Under the pieces are notes generated by a model. It saw only the letters and a list, made by a program, of their open reading frames with translations. It made no database searches and was not told the origin of the DNA. The position numbers and the translations under genes are program-made. Of a DNA stretch of 64,000 bases, positions 49,606-62,969 are shown one piece after another (position 1 is the first letter of the stretch; each line of letters begins with the position of its first letter). This DNA is from Carcharhinus amblyrhynchos. Taxonomy: Eukaryota. Where the stretch lies: NCBI GenBank assembly GCA_965287045.1, contig OZ336874.1, forward strand, positions 84,072,001 to 84,136,000, read 5' to 3'.

Positions 49606-52399
49606 ACTGACTTAACAAAACTTTAAAATAAGAAAGTAGCATAAATAGCAAAATTCCTACAAAGTCAGCAGCCAAAAGGTTAATGAGAAGTGGTCACAGG
49701 TTAGTAAATCTCTATGGCTTTTGACAAACTGACTGTGCATTGTAAAAGAGACTGATCAAAATGACTAATAACTAGGTTATTGACTCTATGTGAAGTCAGC
49801 TGAACCATAGGTTCTATGGGCTGACCCCAATGTTTCTCGACAGACCTCAATCCATACAATGTCAATAACCTATTATTACATTTACACACATAAAATGTAA
49901 ATCAATTCCCACACAAACATACATTGTGATCTATTTATGTGCCATGGGTCATGGAGAAATCAAGTCCAGGCCAGCTAGATTAATTGATCTCCAACCCAAA
50001 TCTTTGGTATCATGAGGTTAGAGTCATTTTCCTGAATCCATTTTAACTTTCAATAAAGTCATCAATTTTTAAATTTATTCAGTCTTCTTTTATTGAATAC
50101 ATTTTGAAACAAAGAGGCTATTTTTCTTTTGATAGACTTTAAAGTCAGGATAAAAAATTAAAACTGCAGAACTTTACTTTCTCCTTGCACAGGTCCTAAT
50201 ATAACTTTTAAAGGCGCTCACTTAAAACATTATACCATTTACATTTCCTATTGTACTCCCTGTCTGTAGAGATATATCTCAGAGTGCCTTTTGGTGGACA
50301 GTGAATGGATAAATGATACATCATTATACATTATGATCTTGAAAATGACTTTCTGTTGGTCAAAATCAAATTAGTTGAATAAAAGCATTGCTTATCCTTC
50401 AGAAAAAACATTAAGGTGGTCCTAGCATTACTTTCAGCCTGTGTTTTTATTAAAGCAACAGGAAAAGTTTTGATTACTTTCCTGTAAATATTTTGTTGAA
50501 CAGTGGAAGTAAACCATTTAACTCCAGATGAAAATGTCATTCTAATAAAGCTGATTATATCACAAAAGCTAACCAGCAACTCTAAAAAATAAAATTATTG
50601 ATCTAAATTAAAGAATTTGATTCTGTCCTTCAGAAAGATGAACTGTTGGGGAAATAAGCCTTTTCTATCAACAAGTTCACATGCTTACCTGAAAATTACA
50701 TTTTAAGATAACCACATAGACTGCTTTTTCTAAAAGCTTGAAGAAAGAAAAATGAATAGGATTAAGTCTTGAATGTTATTATTGGCTGAGAAGAATTTTT
50801 TCGATTGAATATAAATAATCTGAGTGAATTCATGCATTCATAAATGATGTTGGTTACTCTCAAGAAGTCATTTATAACCTCTCTAATCAATTGTTGTACA
50901 GCATAGAAAATTAATTGTTGATCTTCAATGTGAGTAACATCAATAATTTAAATGCTTCTCTGACAATGCAAACCAATCAGGGGTAGCACCATGAGTTAGA
51001 AAAGACTTATTTTGCTTTTAGGATCAAGATTTCAATCCAGCTGACATTTATGCCCAAATTTCCACCAAGAGAGAAAGGGCACATTTAGCTGGACACTGGA
51101 GTCCAAATTCCAGAAGTCCTGCCTCTGAGCTCAGCATATACCATCCTTGACTGGGTGGGGAACAGTTGAGTCTAGTTTGCACATCATGGTTCACAGAGGC
51201 AGCTGCAAATGAAAGGTGCAGCTGCCTTCAAACAGATGCACTGTTCATTAGTGGGATCTGCAAAACATGACTCATGAACTTTTGACATTTGAACAGAAAG
51301 TTTAAAGCTGCTGGAGTCATTTACAGAGGTAGCATACCCTTTTGGAGAGATATGGGGGCCCTTTTGGATATGTTCAGCCTCTTTGTGAAAGCTTAGCTGC
51401 ACTTTGGGATTGTTAAACATAAACACGAATGTGCATAAAAAGTGGATAACCTCATTGGAACTGTCAAGCTATAAAATCCTCAAGCCCTTTAAATAACAAA
51501 AAACTGTTGTGACTGCCTGCAATTCCCCTAAGTCAGTCAACAAAAGCCTGGGGGTTTCATTATAAGATGAATGCTGCATTGTTAAATCCACAGCCTGTCA
51601 CTATTATTGTGAGGGCCTCTGCTTCGCAGTTTGATTGGTAACTGCAAGTGGTTGTAAAGTCATTGGTGCAAAGCTATAAATATAAATGTTTGTCTTTTGA
51701 AGATTGAGTGCTTGAATGAAATGTTTGCTTTCATAAGGGATGAAGTGGTTGAAGGAATTTAAGTGTATTGAATTTTAGCGATGAGAGTCTTTAAGTGGTG
51801 AAGTCTGTGCGCGAATCACTTGAAATACGTTTAGGGCGCCACAATTGCGAGGGCAAGCAAGGAGGTGAGTACTGCTTAGCACAAACCTCCAGGGTTCAAA
51901 AGCCACTGCCATGATGTGGGGTGGGATGGGCAGTTGCAGGGATACGGGGGCTTGGGGGTTCGAGCTGGGCCAGAGGTCCTCAGGTTGGAAGTTACTGCTG
52001 GTTGGGACTTGTAGTGGATATTCACGCTGTCGTCTGAAAGACATTTGAGGGGTTTCATATGAGGTCGAGTTCAAATCCCACTAATGTTGCACTGGTTGCT
52101 ATGCCATCTGTCTGCTGGACAGGCCATATGGTTTATTGAAGACATTCCGTCCCAGGCCCCACTAACAGTTACAAGCACCAGGTCTAGTCTGTTGCCCAAT
52201 AAGGGGAGTTTGATGGTATTAATACAGCTCTTCACACTGCATGAATTCTGCAGTGCTCACTACAATGGGCATCTGTCTTGTGGAAGTCAGGAGGGTGTTT
52301 TTCTATCATCAGACCAACCTGCACGCCATGCCTGGAAACCATACTTCCAGGTGTGTGCACGCAGGTTTATACTGCAAGGGTTCGTCACTGGGAACATTC

Positions 52400-53836
52400 T
52401 CACAGACATGTTCTTATGCTCTACATGAATGCCAGAATGCTGAGCCCAGTTGGAGACCATACCAGAACAACAGCAGGCCGCTGGTCAGGGTCAGGACATA
52501 GCCACTCATTGGTCTGAGGAGGGGGTGCCAGAAAATGACGGAGAAGGAGACCTCAGCTGTACAGGGCTCGCATGCCCTATAATGAGCTACCGGACACTGT
52601 GCCGCTGGAGACTCTGCTTGAGTGTGGAAACAGTGCAGGACCTGTGCATGTTCTCATGTTCCTGGCACCTCAGAGGAGAGGGGGACACCCACTCCCGATG
52701 GCATGAAGGTTATAGCAACTTTGAACTTCTACGGATCATTCCAGATCTTGAGAAGGGACTGGTGTGGCATCTCCCAGTTATCATCCCACAAGTGCATCCA
52801 GGGGGTCACGGAATACTCTGTGTGACCAGGCATCCCAATACATCTATTTTGATCTGGGCCAGGCCCAACAGGATGTCCACACTCCCAGCTTTGCCACCAT
52901 TGCCAATATACCTCCAGTACAGGGGGTTTTATAATGTTGCTTTGTGAGCCCTATGGCATCCCCTTTGTCAGTTGCGAAGGGTTCCACTCCCTCAATATCC
53001 AGATTGTGTACAACCACTGCTCAAATCATGCATGTATATGCACACTATCCATGGAGCGTGCATAACAGTCTCATTCTGCTGCATTCAGATATCACCGGGG
53101 TCTTCGAGGGCCACCTGAAACTGCCAGGGTGGCTTGTCAGGGACAAGGGCTACCCGCTGAATTCATGCCCGATGATGCCAGTGGGGAGGCCTGAGACCTA
53201 GGCAGAAACCTGCGATAATGAGGCCCACGCTGCCGCCCAATCCATCATTGGATATTGCATTGGCCTGCTCAAGATGTGATTATACTGCCTGGACCACTCT
53301 GGCATTGCTCTGCAATATAGTCCCAGAGGGTCATCTGCATAGTGATCTGCTGTGTGCTCCATAACCTGACACAGCAGTGGTGGGATATCCTGGAGCAGAA
53401 AGACCAGGTGCATTCCTCTGAGAAGCATTCTCTCTGAGACGGAGAGAGTGGAGGACAAAGGCAAAGAGGCGATCTTGGGGGGAGTGGGGGGTGCTGCAAC
53501 TGTTGGTAGTGATTTGGGAGGGGCATGATGGCGGGGGGGTGATCAGGTGAGTGGGGGTGTGATGTCTCAGGGGGAGTGAGGAGTGACAGTCTCCCAGTGC
53601 ACTGTATACTCTTGACATAGTTCATTGGGAGATCAAGGCGCTTGTGCAATAGGGTGGTCTTCAGTCGGCTTGCTGGCAAGCTTAGGCCTCACCCCATTCC
53701 CTGCTGGTGAGAATCAGATTGTGACTCATTTTTTGAACTAAGCAACAAGATTTGATTTATCCCCACACCAAAAATATGAGTCTGAAGCTCTCTGGTTTTC
53801 ACATTTGTTTGGCACTTTTTTGGTAAGATCACACCC
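52400..53836 (+). mobile_element. Decayed Harbinger transposon: HARBI1-like transposase and right terminus
   Basis: GISQLSSHKCIQGVT, KGFHSLNIQI, YPWSVHNSLIL, GWLVRDKGYPL, NEAHAAAQSII, CLDHSGIALQYSP; terminus GGTAAGATCACACCC; left end not determined. Confidence 0.88.
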
Positions 53837-55250
53837 TCCAAACCATTCAGCCTTTCCTCATAAGATATTCCCTCCACTCCGGGAATCATCCGAGTGAATC
53901 TTCTGTGAACTGCCTCCAATGTAATAATGGCTGGAATTCTTTAACCATTCATGCAGTGCTACCAGTGCCAGGGAGGATTCAAAATTTGGCACTCAGCCAC
54001 ATCCTCATTCACTGCAGCAAGACAGGAGAATCAGCTGGCATGAATGGCCTGAAGAATCCTGGCCAATATCTTTCCTTAAATAAGGAGACCAAGATTGTTC
54101 ATAGCATTCCATAGCAGTCTCACCAATACCTTGTACAGTTGCAGCAAGACTTCGCTACTCTAATACTCCAACCGCTTTGAAATAAGGGCCAAGATTCCAT
54201 TAGCCTTCCTGATTACCTCCTGCATCTGTGCTAGTGTGTTTCACACACAAATACTTCCAAGAGCCTTGGTGTTGCAGCTTCCTGCAGTTTTTCTCCATTT
54301 TAATAATACTATTTTATTCTCCTTTCCAAAATGAACAGCTTCACATTTTCCCACATTATATTCCATTTGCGAACTTCTTGCCACTTAGCTAACTTATCAA
54401 TATCTCTTTCTAAATTGTGTGTTTAAACCCTGTTTCCTGCCCATTAGCCAATTCTCTATCCATGCCAATATACCACCTCCAGCATCATAGACTCTTATGA
54501 CTTAACTTTTTGCAAGGTACCTTGTCGAACACTTTCTGGAAGTCCAAATACAACACGTCTACTGGTTTCCCTCTATACACACTGGTTGTGACCCCTTCAA
54601 AAAATTCCAATAAATTATGGTCAGACACTATTTCCTTTTCATGAAGCCATGCTGCCTCTGCTTGATTAGATTATGACGTTTTAAAAGTACTGCTATTTTT
54701 TCCTTAATTATTGATTCCAACATTTTTCCGACAATAGATGTTAGGCTAATTGGCCGATTTTACCTACTTCTTGCCTCCCTTTTAAAAGTAAAGTTGATTT
54801 ATTAGTCACAAACAGGCTTACATTAACACTGCAATGAAGTTACCGTGAAAATCCCCAATCGTCACACTCCGGCACCTATTCAGGTACACTGAGGGAGAAT
54901 TTAGCACCTAACCAGCACATCTTTCAGACTGTGGGAGGAAACTGGAGCACCCAGAGAAAACCCACACAGACAAAGGCAAATATGCAAACTTCACACAGAC
55001 AATGATCCCAGCCAGGAATCGATCCCAGGCCCCTGGTGCTGTGAGGCATCAGTGCTAACCACTGTGCCACATGCCACCTAGGGATGTCACATTGGCAGTT
55101 TTCCAATCCTTCAGTCCTTCTCCAGGATCCAGGAATGTTTGGAAAATTATATCTACTATCTCTATAGCTACTTTTTTTTTAGCATCTTAGGATGCAAGTC
55201 ATCAGGGCCAGTGGATCTATCTGCCGAGAGCCCCATTAGTTTTTCTAATT
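53837..55250 (-). mobile_element. Old CR1 ORF2 fragments with nested insertions
   Basis: EAVHRRFTRMIPGVEGISYEERLN; degenerate VDVLYLDFQKVFDKVP and QHGFMKRK. Confidence 0.8.
54788..55077 (-). mobile_element. V-SINE with HE1-like head and a different (non-CR1) tail
   Basis: GTGGCACAGTGGTTAGCACTG..GGATCGATTCC head and V-domain; tail CTTCATTGCAGTGTTAATGTAAGCCT..AATAAAT differs from the other HE1 copies. Confidence 0.8.
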
Positions 55251-58129
55251 CATTCAGCAGGACTTCCAGGGAGGCTTCCCTGAATCTGGGGGTCAGGGAT
55301 CCTTGGGATTGATGGGCTAGTTAGGTAATTAACAATGGTGTAAGATATCCAAATCATAAGAGAATGGAGTCTCCATGATATGTGGAATGTTTTTGTGTTT
55401 GTGTCAATTTGCACCAACTGAGGTTTCCCATCATAGACAAATATTCCAGCCATGATATCATTCAAATACTTGTGATTGGAAATTAGTCAGGGACATCAAA
55501 AAAATCTTCCACAGATTTAGACATTCAGGGATTGAGATAACAATAGTGATCTCTGCCTTTAAATAAACAACACTAAATAATGAGTAATATTTGAAGATGA
55601 ATTGTGATTGATTTGTCACACACATTGCAATTGAACTATTTTTAGACAGTAGTGATTCTAATATTTCTGTTATTCCCCAGTCTATTACCTGTCAGTACAT
55701 CAGTAGGAAAGCACAATCAACATTTCTATCATTACCTCATTTCATTGACTGGTTTAAGGTGTAAATAGTTATATGGTGGTATAGGATTTTTCAAGAGATT
55801 TCCAGTGTTGGTTTTACATCATATGTAAATAAGTGCAGATTGCAAGTATTGAACTATTCAATGCTGCAAAAGTGCACATTTTGCTTTGCAAGCAAAGGAT
55901 TAGCCTTGCTTTGGGTTGTGAGAAAGGTTTACAAATTGCATTGTAAACCCAGATAATGTGTCTTTCATTCTCTTTTAATAAAATATGTTCCACCACCTGC
56001 TGCCAGCATTTTTTTTGTGCAATTAAATTGGTGTTACTGATATTACTTTAAGTTAGTTAAACAGCTATTTTACTGGAAGCTTAAGTTATACAGAAGTGTA
56101 TAAGTTTGTGTAATGATGAAACAAAGTGCAATTTAAGTGCCACTGTAACAAAAATTAAGAAATGGACATCAGCAGCTTTCTACCCTGTATTCACTAGATT
56201 GACAAACAATTCTGTACCATCATCTGGAAATGTACAAAAAAAATTATGTTGAACCCAAAATAGGCAGGTGCATTATGATGTCACAACTATAAGTGGAAAG
56301 CAACAATCAAAATATATCGCACCTTTTATTTCCTAGAAATGGTGGCCACAATCAATGCCTGGATGTCCCTAGTGTTCAACATAGCTAAGGGATTTGAGTT
56401 AAACATTTAGAATTTTAATAGAGGGATGATTCCTTTCAGGAAGCTAGCCTCCAGAAAATGTTGCAGCATTTTGTAGTTTTTATTCGTAATGCCCTCTTTT
56501 CCTGGGTCCACATATCCTGCAGCAGGGTGTCACAGCAAATCGCCTATTAGTGCCTGCCAGAAACATTCATTGTGCCTGACTTGAGGATTGTGACAGACTA
56601 GGGCACATCCACAGTGAAGTGGATGATTTGCCTGCCCCCAGATGCATCCTCAGAAGTCAGTTACCAGTAATTGTGAAATGTGTTCCCCACTCAGCTAAAG
56701 AGATGCATCAACATCATGGATGTGCCTTGACCCCATGGGAAAAATATGGGTCAGGGATATCGCTCATCACTGAATGATTTTCTTTTCTGTCCACTGCTCA
56801 GTGTTTTAGGAGTTTAATCTTCTACTTTAAATTTGTTTCCAATTTTCTTATTTTTGTAAGAATTTTCCTTCCTTTGCTGAATGACTTTAGACCACTGACC
56901 ACTGAGACCAGAGACAGGCACTGGATTGCAACATCTCTCCCATTGCCACTCTTGAATTAAGTATCATGACCTACAAGCGGCAGAACAGATTAATCTCAGT
57001 TTCTAATTTTCCCTCAAGGGAAGCATTTCCGTTTCCCCAACTGACTGTCTCAGCTGAGACAGAATTATACCATGCAGAAGTGGAGGATATCGTGAGTATG
57101 AACTGATATTGCTCCTCTGTGACATTGGATATTTGAGAGTTGATATCCTGTACATTTGCCTTACCTTTTTCTAAGAAATCTCAATGAAAGACCAAGTACT
57201 TTAGACCTGGTCACCACCAGGGTTGAAAATAGGAGAGAAGAAAACATGAATTAAACAAGAAATAGGTGATAACTGACACCAAGTTCTTATCTGAAGTCAA
57301 TAGAAGTGACGACCTTGACAAAATTGTTTAGTAATAATGGATAGATTACCTTAGATGCAGTTTCCTCCAATTTATTGGTACAATTGGGTCACCGAATAGA
57401 TTATCTTACTGCTAATGGAACGTTCCAACAAAGAGAAAATACAAAGTTACATGGCCCAGCTCACACAGCACAAACAAAAGACATATGTGATCACTCATTT
57501 TAGATTTGCACCATAGCTTTAATAAGGAGACTTGTTGATAGGGTTTGTGCTACAACAACTGTAGCATTTGTTGTAGTTTAGCTTTGTACATCAGTTTGCA
57601 TTTCACTAGGGTGTTTTTAAGCAATCTATCCAGGGATTGAACATGCCAATAAAACCTTTAAGGAGGTAACCCTTCTTTAATATTTTCTTAAAATGCAACA
57701 AAATATGATTTGTCATAGACAGGACCTAAGAGGAGGAATGGTCAGGGAGAAGAGTCATTCACTTTTCTCTCTCATCATGTATTGTGTTCTTTTTTCAATG
57801 TAAATATGACAATTATACACAGGATTGATCAAACAATAATATGGGTTCTTTATCTGAAGGTAAGACTATATAGAAATAGATTTAATTAGGAAGTGAAGTA
57901 TAGCAAATCTAATCACTTGTTCAGTTGCTTGCAAACTGATTTGCATATTAAGGACTAATACATAATATTCTGTGTCAGTGGTAGTTATGACTGACGTACT
58001 TTAAGATATCACTCCCTTAAAGGTACATGTCATCATTTCATAACACACGTATCTCCCAGCAGCCAGTTTCAGAGTAGACTTGGTGATAGATTTTTCCCTT
58101 TCTCTTGAATCGTCTCTCCTTAGATAGCA

Positions 58130-58690
58130 AGTAGAGGACATAAGTGGCCATTCAGTCCAACTGATCCACACCAATACCACTCTCCTCCAAAACCTCATCA
58201 TTTAATCCTATAAGTGTAATCTTCTAATCCTTTCTTCCTGCATTTATTTAAATGAATCTATGCAGTTCGCTTTAACTATTCTTTGTGGTAGGGTAGGAAA
58301 TTCTATATTCTAACTACATTGTAGATGTTACGTGGACTGCGGTGAGTTAAGAAGGTGGATCAACAAGGACAAGTAAAGATGTGCAATAAATGCTGGCCTT
58401 GTCAGAAATGCCAGCATCATATGATTGAATAAAAACGTCTAAGCATTTTGAGTAAAGATCTTTCTCCAGAATTCCCTATTAGCATTATTAGTGTTTAACT
58501 TATATTTACGACCTTTCATTTTGGTCTCCATGACAAGTAGAAACATCTACCATATCTTATTTATATCAGGTAACATCTCAGCCTTCTCTTCCCTGGAGAA
58601 AAGAGCCCCAAACTGTTCCAATTTTTCTGCTAGTTATAACCTCTCAGTTTTGACATCACCATTGTAATTTTTTTGACCCTTCCTGGTATG
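58130..58690 (-). mobile_element. Very old CR1 3' fragment
   Basis: Degenerate GLFSPGKRRLRC region and GGACTGAATGGCC tail. Confidence 0.55.
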
Positions 58691-59309
58691 ATTCCATGGC
58701 TCCCATGTTTTTGATTTAGATGCAACAAACTTTGATTTGCTTGGCTCCAAAGCAGTGCTTTGCTTATATTTGTATTCTATATTTCGTATCCAGTTTTTTC
58801 TGTATGTGGAAGATTTAACTGTTACTATTGTTTATTGCATGTTCATTATTAATTCTGACCCCAGGTCATATCTTTATTTGAAGGCACAGTGTTTTTGCTT
58901 GTTGTATATCTATTTTGATTCTGTCACTGTGGATAAAACCCTATACCAGCAATAATGCTGACCGATCATGAGTTAGATGAAATCACTGTATCTTTAAATC
59001 TGTGTCTGTGCATTCAGAAACCTTTCTTTTGTACTCTCCCAATGTGACTGTGTGAGTATTCTCCCAGTTGTGGTGGGTTTCATTCCCACACATCTAGCAG
59101 AATTGTCAGTCTTGGTTCAGTTGTCGCATTTTCACCATTGTGTCAGAATATGGTGAATTTGGGTTCCATTCCAGCCACATGAGCATATAGGCCAGGAGTT
59201 TCCACACCCCTGCTTCCAATTAAATACAGCAGACATTCTCTTATGTGTATAAACAAGGTTCCTGCCACCCTTCCAGTAAAGTTACAGGAGTAGAATGAGA
59301 GCAGCTTAA

Positions 59310-59605
59310 AGAAAATTATCAGCCTAATACAGATTGACACTTCACTTCAGGAGCGAGAGTGCTGCAATTTGAAGTCACTGTCTTTCAGGTGCAGTGTTAA
59401 ACTGCAATCCCATCTGCCCTCTGAGGTGGATGTCAAAAACCTTTAGGTGCAAATCAAAAGAAAACAAAGGATTTCCGGTGTCCTCGTCACAATTTATACC
59501 TTAACCAACCTCACTACAACAGATTATCTGGTTATTTATTGTCTTGTCATTTGGAGAAACTTGCTGTATGCAAATTGGCTTCCAAGTGTCCTTACATTAT
59601 AACAA
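59310..59605 (+). mobile_element. Deu-domain SINE (SacSINE1/AmnSINE1-like)
   Basis: GTCTTTCAG.TG..GTGTTAAAC..TCTGCCCTCT.AGGTGGATGT.AAAA..CCGGTGTCCT..ACAGATTATCTGG..CTTGCTGT..GCAAATTGGCT matches the recalled Deu-SINE body. Confidence 0.7.
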
Positions 59606-59747
59606 GGTCCCTGAAGAGGAGTTTAAATTTACATCTATTTCTAGTGCTATTTTTAAAGCATAACCTGAATATTATCCCAGCAACTTAACTTTACATTTCC
59701 CTTTCATTGCTGATGACTGCTGCACTTTTTCTCTTTTCTCACAACAG

Positions 59748-59807
59748 CAAGAGTTAGAAGAGAGTTTAATAGCATACGAGGAGGATGAAGAGGACAAAAC
59801 TGACAAG
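59748..59807 (+). CDS. MCTP1: Next coding exon of the MCTP-family gene (acidic linker)
   Basis: CTTTTTCTCTTTTCTCACAACAG acceptor and AAG|GTAATT donor; 60 nt, phase 0, in frame with 22406-22525; QELEESLIAYEEDEEDKTDK resembles recalled MCTP1 EDEEEEDDKDDK. Confidence 0.85.
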
Positions 59808-61901
59808 GTAATTATCTTTGGAACACTTCTGCTTTCCCTCAGGTATGGAAGATTGTTGTTTTTAGTCCTGATGGAGTCCTGCAGACTGCAAAGTTGAAGA
59901 GTTTGAGTACAGATAATTGGATAGAGCTGTTTATCATCCTAACAACAGTTAGTGTGTACAATATGAAGGGGAAAAGTGAGCAATAAATCCTTTTCTCTGG
60001 CCCATGACTGGGTCAAACATATTTTTCATGTGTGTGAAAGTGGGTGTTTGCTTGTGTGTGCATGCACATAAGGAAGTAAGACTAATACGGCGTGTCTTTG
60101 TAAAGACAAAGACAGTGATTGACTTTTGAAGGACAAAATTGAGTTTTAGAAATAGTGTGGCAACTTCTAGGTGGCAAGAATTTTAAATCACAATGCATCT
60201 GAGAAATTGAAGTAAGTTCTAAGCTTTCAAAAATGAAAAGCAGTCAGCAGCCACATGAATGAAGCACTAAATATAAGGCTTTTCAAATTGGCAATCATTG
60301 GAATTTCTATTCCAGTCCCAGCATTGTTTTCCTTTTCACATGTGATGCTTGATATTTATGTTAATTTATGTGAAATCCATTTTACTGTAGATTTTGACAC
60401 AGATTTTATTGCACGTAGAAGGTCACAATTGCTTAATCATAATAATGGCATATAATAGGAAAAATATAATTGAAGAATATGCTGTGTTCATGACGAAATA
60501 AGCTGAGCTTTATTAAATCTCAGTCCAAAAACACATAGTGCACTCTTATTCTTAGAATGATATTACTAAATTACAGCAACCAATAATGAAAGTGACAAAA
60601 ATACATGTAGAATTATGGATAAATGGTGTTGAGCTTGCAGTCAAACTTGGAATCATTGCTTTGTAATCCTCCAACATGAAGCTTCAATCATTTTGCAGGT
60701 CATACAAGTACCTGAGACGTTTATTTCCTAGCACATACTGTTAGCATTTTTATTTTTACCTATATAGTTAATATTTATATAATGTGCTTATCCATACAAT
60801 GCAGTGTGATTTTTAGATGTCTCACTTTTTACTGGCAGGAATTTGTATTCAAAAATGTATTTGTTTGTCCTTGTGTTCCTGAGAAATGCAAAGAATATTT
60901 TGGAAGTGTATGTTATGGATACTGCACTATTTTCTGGCAGGACAGTCACATGTTCCAGCAGTTTGAATAATTTGTAATGTCTGATTATAAAGTAATTCAT
61001 AGTATAAGAATCTATAAAAGTACTGGTGACTGTTTCCATGGGTGCATAAGCTTACACACCAAAGCAAACAACGGGGAGAAATTGTTCCAGTTCCTTGATC
61101 AAAAGTGAGAATTGGGGTGATTTTTACGATTGATCTTCTATATCAATCATCTACCTTTTACCTTCAATCATTGCGCCTGGCACCATATTGGCAGCTAGTA
61201 ATTCTCAAGTGTCAGACCACTCATCTAAAACATCCTTATGCCATTTGAATGTACAAATCAGGGGGCCTAAAGATTATTTTAACACAGTGGCATACTCTAC
61301 TCCGTTGTCCTGGGTTTACCACAGCCTAACTGGCAATCCAAGACCTGAAGTTTGTTTCTTTTTTATTACTTACATTAATGTGGAGCCAGGAGGATCAGGA
61401 GTGCAGGGTACAGAGCAATATAGCAAGCCGCGTTGCGCACCTACCCACTTCCAGTTTGTCTTCCTCCTCCAACCCAGGCACTCTGTCATTCCAATACCCA
61501 GCAAGGTTCGACTATAGTCCATATCTGAAGCAGACAAAGTTTGGCAGAATTTTGGTTGACAAGGTTGTCAAGGTTTATTGGAGGCAGGCAGGTGTGTGGA
61601 GTTAAGGCCAAGATCAGACTAGCCATAATCTTAGTAAATAGTGGAGCATGAGGTGCTAAATGGTTTACTCCTGCTCCCATTTCCTAAGTTCCAGGTCCCC
61701 ATCTAGCAAGCTACATCCAGATACCTAATTAATATAGTTAAGCTACAAAGATCATCTACATTATTCTTTCACCTAAAAGCTGTTGGGGGTCTAGAACCTG
61801 CTGCCTGAAAGAGTGAAAGAAGCAGAAACCATCATTGAATTTCAAAAGTATTTGAGATGCCATCGCTTCCGGGCCAAGAGCTGGAAAGTGGAATTAGGCT
61901 T

Positions 61902-62313
61902 TAAGAACATAAGAAATAAGAACATAAGAAATAGGAGCAGGAGTAGGCCATCTAGCCCTTCGAGCCTGCCCCGCCATTCAATAAGATCATGGCTGATCTG
62001 TCGTGGCTCAGTTCCACTTTCCCGCCCTCTCCCCATAACCCTTAATCCCCTCTCTTATCAAGAACCCATCAACCCGCTTCTTAAAAATATTTAGCGAGGC
62101 AGCCTCCACCACTTCAACGGGCAGAGAATTCCAGAGATTCACCACCCTTTGAGTGAAGAAGTTCCTCCTCAACTCCGTTCTAAACCGCCTCCCCTTTATC
62201 TTGAGGCTGTGCCCCCTAGTCCTACTGTCTTTTTTGAGCGGGAAGAGTCTCTCCGCCTCTATCCTATCCATCCCATTCATCATCTTATACGTCTCAATGA
62301 GATCTCCCCTCAT
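61902..62313 (-). mobile_element. Young CR1 3' end (same family as 19285-20617), inserted in an old CR1 3' UTR
   Basis: Near-identical to ~33340-33740; flanks ~61780-61900 and ~62316-62360 are degenerate CR1 3' end. Confidence 0.95.
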
Positions 62314-62969
62314 CTCTCAACTGGTACACATAATGGGCCCAAAGGTCTCCTTCTATGACATATAGACAGAATTTTATGCAAAAAGGCTACTATAAAACTC
62401 ACTCCTGGCTCCACAATGCGGCACTGCAGCCAATTAATTCTCTGAGAAGATTAATTGGCTTAAAATGGGTTGAAGTCCCAGCTCTGGGAACTGCCGGCCA
62501 ATCTAATTGACTAGCAGTTCTCTGGCCACAGCAGCACCAAAGGAGGCAGTGGCCACTTCTGGAAATGCATCCAGCTCCCAAAGGACAGCCAGAAATTGGA
62601 TGACTAATAGGTTGGGAATGATTAGGGGGTGGTGGCTCTCTACGGGTCCAGGATAGAAGGGCCTGGGGAGGGAATGTAAGGGCAGGCAGGCACAGGCAAA
62701 GGGGAGGAGGGCAAAAATCAGCCAGACAAACATTGGGGAAGCCTCCAATCAGATAAGGGGGCCTGTGAGGTAGACAATAGATGTAATGCAGGTTGCATGA
62801 CATTTGGTCATTGACATGATTTCTGCATGTAACGAATGCTGGATTAGTATTAATTGGCTGTCCATAGTACTGTTAATCAATACTTGCTAACACTACTTAA
62901 AGCTATCCTTGCTTAAGGAGGTGGTACTGGAAATCTTGTGTGAGCTGAATCTAGCCTCCAAAAGACAGA

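Noticed and set aside
52450-53400. Domesticated HARBI1 gene
   Set aside because: Multiple stops and frameshifts, and a transposon-like terminus at 53836
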